A stretch of DNA of 64,000 bases. It comes from Nitrospirota bacterium (GTDB lineage: Bacteria; Nitrospirota; Thermodesulfovibrionia; UBA6902; JAJYJJ01). Each line of letters begins with the position of its first letter. The stretch's first letter is position 1. The DNA lies in assembly GCA_021789595.1 (NCBI GenBank), contig JAJYJJ010000009.1, forward strand, positions 1,274-65,273, in the 5' to 3' direction. The notes under the pieces were generated by a model. That model made no database searches, was not told the DNA's origin, and saw only the letters and a program-made list of their open reading frames with translations. The position numbers and the translations under genes were made by a program. This document shows, in pieces, positions 59,088 through 64,000 of this stretch.

Positions 59088-61330
59088 TCAGTCAGTGCCA
59101 CGATCTCTTGTTTCAAGTGTTTTTTCATGGGGCACTGAAAGTGCAAATGCCTTTGATAGTTCCGCCACGGCCTGCATAAACCTTTTCTTTCCATCATCCT
59201 GCAGGAGGATACACTCCATTGCCTCTTTTATAACAGTCAACCTTTCGGCAGGACTGCCGGATAAGAATCTTGAATAGTCAAATCCATGAAACATTGATGA
59301 AACAATCTCATATTTCTCAAGCATTATAGCGACTGCCTCTTCCTGAGGAATGCCTGTCATGTCACGGTCTCTTTCTATGTAATCGGAAAGTGCCTTCTTC
59401 AGTTCATCTGCAATGCCAAGGTAATCAACCACCAGACCACCTGGTTTATCCTTAAATACCCTGTTGACTCTGGCTATTGCCTGCATAAGCCCGTGTCCGC
59501 GCATTGGCTTGTCTATATACATGGTATGAAGACAGGGAGCATCAAAGCCTGTGAGCCACATATCACGCACAATGACAAGTTTAAATGGATGCTCAGTTTT
59601 TTTTGAAAAGGTTTTTGCAAGTTTCTCTCTCTTTGCTTTGTTCCTGATATGCTGCTGCCATTCTACAGGATCAGATGCAGAACCGGTCATAACTACCTTC
59701 AAGAATCCCTTATCATTATCTTTATGATGCCATTCAGGCCTGAGTTTGATTAATGCATTATAGAGATCAACACATATACGCCTGCTCATGCAGACGATCA
59801 TGCCTTTCCCGTCCATAGCCTCAAGCCTTTTCGCAAAGTGATCAATAATGTCTTTCGCCACGAGGCCGATACGTTTTTCTGTCCCGACCATTGCCTCAAG
59901 CTGTGCCCATTTCCGCTTTAGCTTTTCCTTTACATTTATCTCTTCTCCCTCTGTCACTTCTTCAAATTCAGGGTCAATCCTTGGCCTTTCTTCTTCCCCT
60001 CTATAGGCGTACCTGTGAATCCGATAAACGAGGCGTTCGGAAGGGCATCTCTCATATGTCTGGCAAAGCCATCTATGAAGTCATACTGGCTCCTGTGCGC
60101 CTCATCAGCAATAACAATTATATTCCTTCTGTCAGAGAGCTTGGGATAATCCCCTCCTTTTTCAGGCAAAAACTTCTGTATGGTTGTAAACACAACACCG
60201 CCTGATGCGACATTGAGAAGCTTTCTAATATCTTCCCTGCTTCCCGCCTGCACGGGTGTCTGCCTGAGCAGGTCTCTGCACCGTGAAAATGTCCCGAACA
60301 ACTGGTCATCAAGGTCATTGCGGTCTGTAAGAAGAACGATCGTTGGATTCTGCATTTCAGGATGCTGTATTATCTTCCCAGCATAAAATACCATTGTCAG
60401 GCTTTTGCCACTCCCCTGTGTATGCCAGACAACACCAACCCGTTTGTCACCCTTTGGAGATACCGCCTGAATCGTACATTCAACAGCCTTATTTACTGCA
60501 TGGAATTGATGATATCCTGCCATCTTCTTTACAATTTCAGAGCCGTCAATCTCAAAGACAAGGAAGTATCTTAGTAAATCAAGAAATCTCTGCCTTTCAA
60601 AGATTCCCTTAATCATTACCTCAAGTTCAGGAAGACCCTTCGGAGCTAAATCATCTCCTGTTATTGTTCTCCACGGCAGAAACCATTCCCAGTCTGCAGT
60701 CAGAGTCCCTGCCCTTGCCTCTATACCGTCAGAGACAAGGAGGATTCCGTTATAAAGGAAAAGAGAGGGGATTTCTTTTTTGTATGTCTGCAATTGATTA
60801 AATGCATCCTTAACTGTTGCATTTTCGTCAGAGGGATTCTTAAGTTCAATTACACCTAATGGTATGCCATTCACGAAAACAACTATGTCAGGCCGTCTGT
60901 TACTTTGTCCTTCAACAACTGTGAACTGATTAACTGCCAGCCAGTTGTCGTTATCAAGATTGTCGAAATCTATAATCCCGACACTGTCACCAACAATCCG
61001 GCCTTCTGCGTCTTTATATTCAACCTCTATACCTTCAGTAAGCATTTTATGAAACCGATGATTGTTTGCTGCAAGAAGGGGCGATTCGTGAATAATCCTT
61101 GTTAATTTACGGAAGGCATCCTCAATTGCCTCATCTGGAATAGCAGGATTGATTTTCGTTAAAGCAGAACGAACCCTATTCTCAAGAATCACATCGCTGT
61201 AAGATGCCCGTTCAGCAAATAATTCACCAGAAGCAATATCTGGTTCATTGAGAACGGAATACCCCAACCCCTTGAACCAGTCAAGGGCTGCTTGTTCTAT
61301 TTCTGATTCTGTAATAATATTTCTCTTCAT
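59088..61330 (-). pseudogene. hsdR: type I restriction enzyme R subunit (HsdR), disrupted: frameshift at ~59955, internal deletion and truncated C-terminus
   Basis: Upstream ORF (458 aa) has the nuclease N-domain and helicase motifs '[13 protein letters not shown]', '[11 protein letters not shown]', 'GFTGTP'. Downstream ORF (289 aa, GTG start overlapping the first stop as GTGA) resumes at 'WAQLEAMVG' and carries '[15 protein letters not shown]'. About 100 aa expected between motif III and this point are missing, and the usual ~200 aa C-terminal domain is absent. Confidence 0.65.
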
Positions 61331-61343
61331 TTTTCAGTTTCCT

Positions 61344-61390
61344 AAATCCCCCTTAATCCCCCTTTAGCAAAGGGGGATTAAGGGGGATTT
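61344..61390. repeat. perfect 47-bp palindrome aaatcccccttaatcccccttt-agc-aaagggggattaagggggattt (22-nt arms, 3-nt loop)
   Basis: Seen directly in sequence, immediately upstream of the hsdR start. This is the best-preserved copy of the element family seen at 5848, ~6307 and 31968. Confidence 0.85.
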
Positions 61391-61666
61391 TTTACTCATT
61401 ATTTTTTTCTGTGATTCCATCTGACTATGTAGTATAATAGTCCCATGAAAAAGAAATCCCTCAAAGAAACCAATCCTTATTTAAAAGACCCAAAAAAATA
61501 CGAAGCTTCATTGGCTATAAATCTTGTAACATCCTCTGCGGTTGAAGGCATCCGCATAAGACCCTCTCAACTCCTCAAAAAGAACCTTAAATCTAAACGG
61601 ACTTAGATTTAATAGACCGCTCAATGATTTTTTTTAAAAGCCTTTCCATCGGTTTATAATCCCTGC

Positions 61667-61933
61667 TTAAGCCGCTGTTGATTGCGGCAAAATACTCTTT
61701 TCGTTTGAGCCATATTTTATGCTTGTTTTAATGTCTTCTGCTGTAAAACAATGGCTTGCATCATACCTGCGGAAAAGCTTATCAATCGCTGATGCAAGAG
61801 CCACGGACTCTGCCTCATCCATTTCTCTTTTCAACTTTATGCCAAGCTTGTTTTTTAGGACACGGCCGCGAGAGTCGGTCTCAAATTGGGCTTCGGGTAA
61901 AGCTGATGTGTCATAACGACCGGATTTTTTCAT
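61667..61933 (-). pseudogene. Fic/Doc-family protein N-terminal fragment (no HPFx[DE]GNGR core)
   Basis: 88 aa containing the conserved Fic N-terminal 'GRVLKNKLGIK...EAESVAL'. The ORF stops before the catalytic motif and no continuation is found in any frame. Confidence 0.45.
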
Positions 61934-62090
61934 ATCTTCTCCACAAACCTCTCCGCATCCTCACTATGATTTCCTCCGACAACAGCTTTGGCAGCAAGGT
62001 GTCACGGATAGAGGCGAGGGTGCGGGATTGTATCGCATTATTAATTCGTTTCTCTATTAAAGGACTTATAATTGTATCCAATAAATCTAA

Positions 62091-63026
62091 TTAATCAGGC
62101 GAAGGAATAAGAACTTTGGCTTCCGCCAGATGATGGCGCTGGATATGCCCCATCGTGGTAGCTTTAGTAGCTGCAATCGCTTGAAAATCTGATAAATAAT
62201 GTTTTGTCCACAAATAATAAAACCATTTGGGATAGTTTTTTGATGTTACCTTAAACAAATGCTGATTCAACGCACCACGACCACCGCACCATATAACTAC
62301 CTCAAGACTACCAGACCAAGAAAATAATATATCTCCATCGCTGACAATATAGGCAGGGTTAATATTAACACTTGCCTTATCGCTTCCTTCGGTGCTGTCT
62401 TTCCTTAATTGTGCAATTTTTATTACTGGCAGGAAATCATAATCATTTTCTGGTGGATACTTCTGCAAAGCTAATCCGTTCAGATAATCAGCTATTTCAC
62501 CAAGGCTTCCCACCCCCCACCCCTTCGGAATCTTGCCGAGCGGCGAATCTTGCCATTCTTTATGAGGGCCAAGGCCGGAGATATGGTCGAAGTCCACAAA
62601 CCATGATTTAAAAATCGCCCTTGCCATAGCCTCAAGTGTCTCATTCATTTTCCTGTTCAGTTCAATCTTATCATCCAGCGCACCTAAGATTGATGCAATG
62701 GCTTTTTGTTCGGGGAGAGGAGGGAGATTAAGCGTCAATCTTGCAATTGCACTTGCTGGCACTCGTTGCCGTCCTGTTGAACCTTCCATGTGCTGAATAG
62801 CATAATTTCTGAACTCAGGGTCTCCTACCAGGTAGTAAACAAAAAGGTTGTCAGATATGCCATCTTTACCTGAAAGCACTATAAATTCGGTTGAACCATG
62901 TCCTACGACATCATCAGGTAAGCAACTTAAGAATACTGTTTTACCATTTTCAAGACAAGGTGTAATTCTTGCCAACAAAGTATCACCATTTTGAAATCGT
63001 GAACCAGAACCTTTAAATTCTTTCAT
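62091..63026 (-). CDS. hsdS: type I R-M specificity subunit HsdS, atypical/truncated (starts mid-TRD, lacks distal conserved repeat)
   Basis: 311 aa with central conserved region 'LPPLPEQKAIASILGALDDKIELNRKMNETLEAMARAIFKSWFVDFD' flanked by TRD-like sequence. The N-terminus 'GDTLLARITPCLENGK' is normally internal to a TRD. Confidence 0.6.
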   Translation of the reverse strand: MKEFKGSGSRFQNGDTLLARITPCLENGKTVFLSCLPDDVVGHGSTEFIVLSGKDGISDNLFVYYLVGDPEFRNYAIQHMEGSTGRQRVPASAIARLTLNLPPLPEQKAIASILGALDDKIELNRKMNETLEAMARAIFKSWFVDFDHISGLGPHKEWQDSPLGKIPKGWGVGSLGEIADYLNGLALQKYPPENDYDFLPVIKIAQLRKDSTEGSDKASVNINPAYIVSDGDILFSWSGSLEVVIWCGGRGALNQHLFKVTSKNYPKWFYYLWTKHYLSDFQAIAATKATTMGHIQRHHLAEAKVLIPSPD

Positions 63027-63204
63027 TTCAAAATGATTAATCGTACGGGTAAAAGGCTACACAATATCCATAGAAACATGAGGTGCGAGTTCTCCTCGTA
63101 AAATTTTTCGTGGAGGGTTTATATCTACTGCGTCTTCAAATATCATTTCCTTCCACTTATCCCCCATTCCCCAACCCCTTCAAATTTCCAATGCCTGTTT
63201 TGCA

Positions 63205-63249
63205 GGGGCGACCTGTTGGGTCGCCCAAAGAGGGCGAGGCCTCGCCCCT
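63205..63249. repeat. tandem GC-rich hairpins (ggggcgacc-tgtt-gggtcgccc; agggcgagg-cctcgccct) preceded by C-run motif atcccccattcccc
   Basis: Seen in sequence, between the ORF6N stop and the hsdS start on the minus strand. Terminator-like, but it lacks a U-tract. Confidence 0.45.
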
Positions 63250-63285
63250 ACATGATAATGTTGTAATGAATTATTAATCCTGCAA

Positions 63286-63851
63286 TTATACATCATGTTC
63301 TTGCTTCCTGCGGCTTGATATTTTGTACCTTGCGCCTTTTTCCCTCACTCTGAATCCGATTTTCTTTTCCTTTGGTTCAGGTTGTGCCATGAGCTGACGA
63401 ATGGCGTCAAAAACAACCCTGAATTGGGCATCGTATTTCTTTTCAAGCTCATCAAGCCTTTTTGCAAGGTCTTTATGAGAGGCTATCATTTCCCTGAGCT
63501 TTACGAACGCACGCATTATGTGAATGTTTACTTCTATCGCTCTCTCGCTATTTAGCACAGTTGAAAGCATAGCAACCCCTTGTTCGGTAAAAACATAGGG
63601 CTGATACCCTCCAAGATGTTTGCGTGAAGGTATCGCATTTTGCGATACCATAATGTCAATCTCCTGTTCATTTAATTGGAACATAAAGTCTTCAGGGAAA
63701 CGTCTCATGTTTCGTTTGACTTGCTCTCTCAATCGTATCGGTTTTACACTATAAAGACCTGCAGGTCTTTATCCAGCATGACTTTATGACCACGAATCAA
63801 ATAGATTTTTCGTTCGATCACTTCAACAGGAATAATTTCTTTCATCCGCCC
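63286..63851 (-). pseudogene. ORF6N-domain protein (common hsdM-hsdS intervening gene) with a frameshift at the palindrome GACCTGCAGGTC (~63757-63768)
   Basis: The downstream frame gives '[28 protein letters not shown]...' (ORF6N core). The upstream ATG frame gives '[28 protein letters not shown]' and then hits a stop. The two halves join only after a 1-nt frame change. Confidence 0.5.
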
Positions 63852-63929
63852 TCCTTTTTGTGTAAAGCAAAATGCGGATTCGCTTTACACAAAATATTTT
63901 ATGCCCATTCCACTTGTCATAAAATCTCT

Positions 63930-64000
63930 ATTTTTCAAAGAAATATCTACGATTAGCCTTTATTGCCTTCTCAAGCTCTGTGCTTTCTGCAAACTGCTCT
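63930..64000 (-). CDS. hsdM: probable 3' end of hsdM (type I methyltransferase), partial at window edge
   Basis: The reverse strand reads '...EQFAESTELEKAIKANRRYFFEK*', consistent with an HsdM C-terminus. Only ~23 codons are in the window. Confidence 0.3.

Overview
This 64 kb window is bacterial chromosome. Typical regions run about 40-45% GC by eye. Gene content (2-oxoglutarate:ferredoxin oxidoreductase, GH57, form-III-type RuBisCO, Memo-like) resembles an anaerobic or microaerophilic Nitrospirota-like lineage, though that is a guess.

The core is dense housekeeping:
- 1.3-6.6 kb: rbfA-nrnA-truB-moeA, a ModE-N-only regulator and a MoCF-binding protein.
- 6.6-12.5 kb: an AddB/AddA-type helicase-nuclease pair.
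- 12.5-16.6 kb: a MarC-family membrane protein and a YfcE-type phosphodiesterase, then purM and purN separated by a bactofilin plus M23 peptidase pair.
- 17-21 kb: a START/SRPBCC-fold protein, an acyl-ACP-reductase-like protein and an orphan 7TM-GAF histidine kinase.
- 30.4-36 kb: two usp genes, a GNAT acetyltransferase, alpha-glucan phosphorylase, a GC-rich M50-CBS protease and an MshEN-domain protein.
- 36-42 kb: a bioB-bioW operon that also carries a lipid kinase, a RuBisCO with all catalytic residues, a GlcD-like oxidase and an L,D-transpeptidase.
- 42.6-59 kb, all minus strand except clpC: tRNA-Thr(CGU), clpC (+), queD, GH57, ftsB, eno, lpdA, gcvH, korAB, sodA/B, a Memo-like gene, dnaB and rplI.
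- 59-64 kb: a decayed type I R-M locus (disrupted hsdR, Fic fragment, atypical hsdS, frameshifted ORF6N, partial hsdM).

The least ordinary features are:
- a GC-rich acid/stress island at about 21.1-24.1 kb;
- an adjacent cytochrome module: a TsdA-like dihaem cytochrome c, two tandem CydA-like membrane domains each fused to c-type haem domains, and a SoxB-family metallophosphatase. This could be a novel cytochrome-c-fed bd-like oxidase or thiosulfate module;
- a family of about 45 bp G5/C5-run palindromic elements. One copy is intergenic and perfect; three sit in-frame or at the 3' end of coding sequences (the MoCF-binding protein and the GNAT).

No CRISPR array, rRNA or transposase gene was seen.
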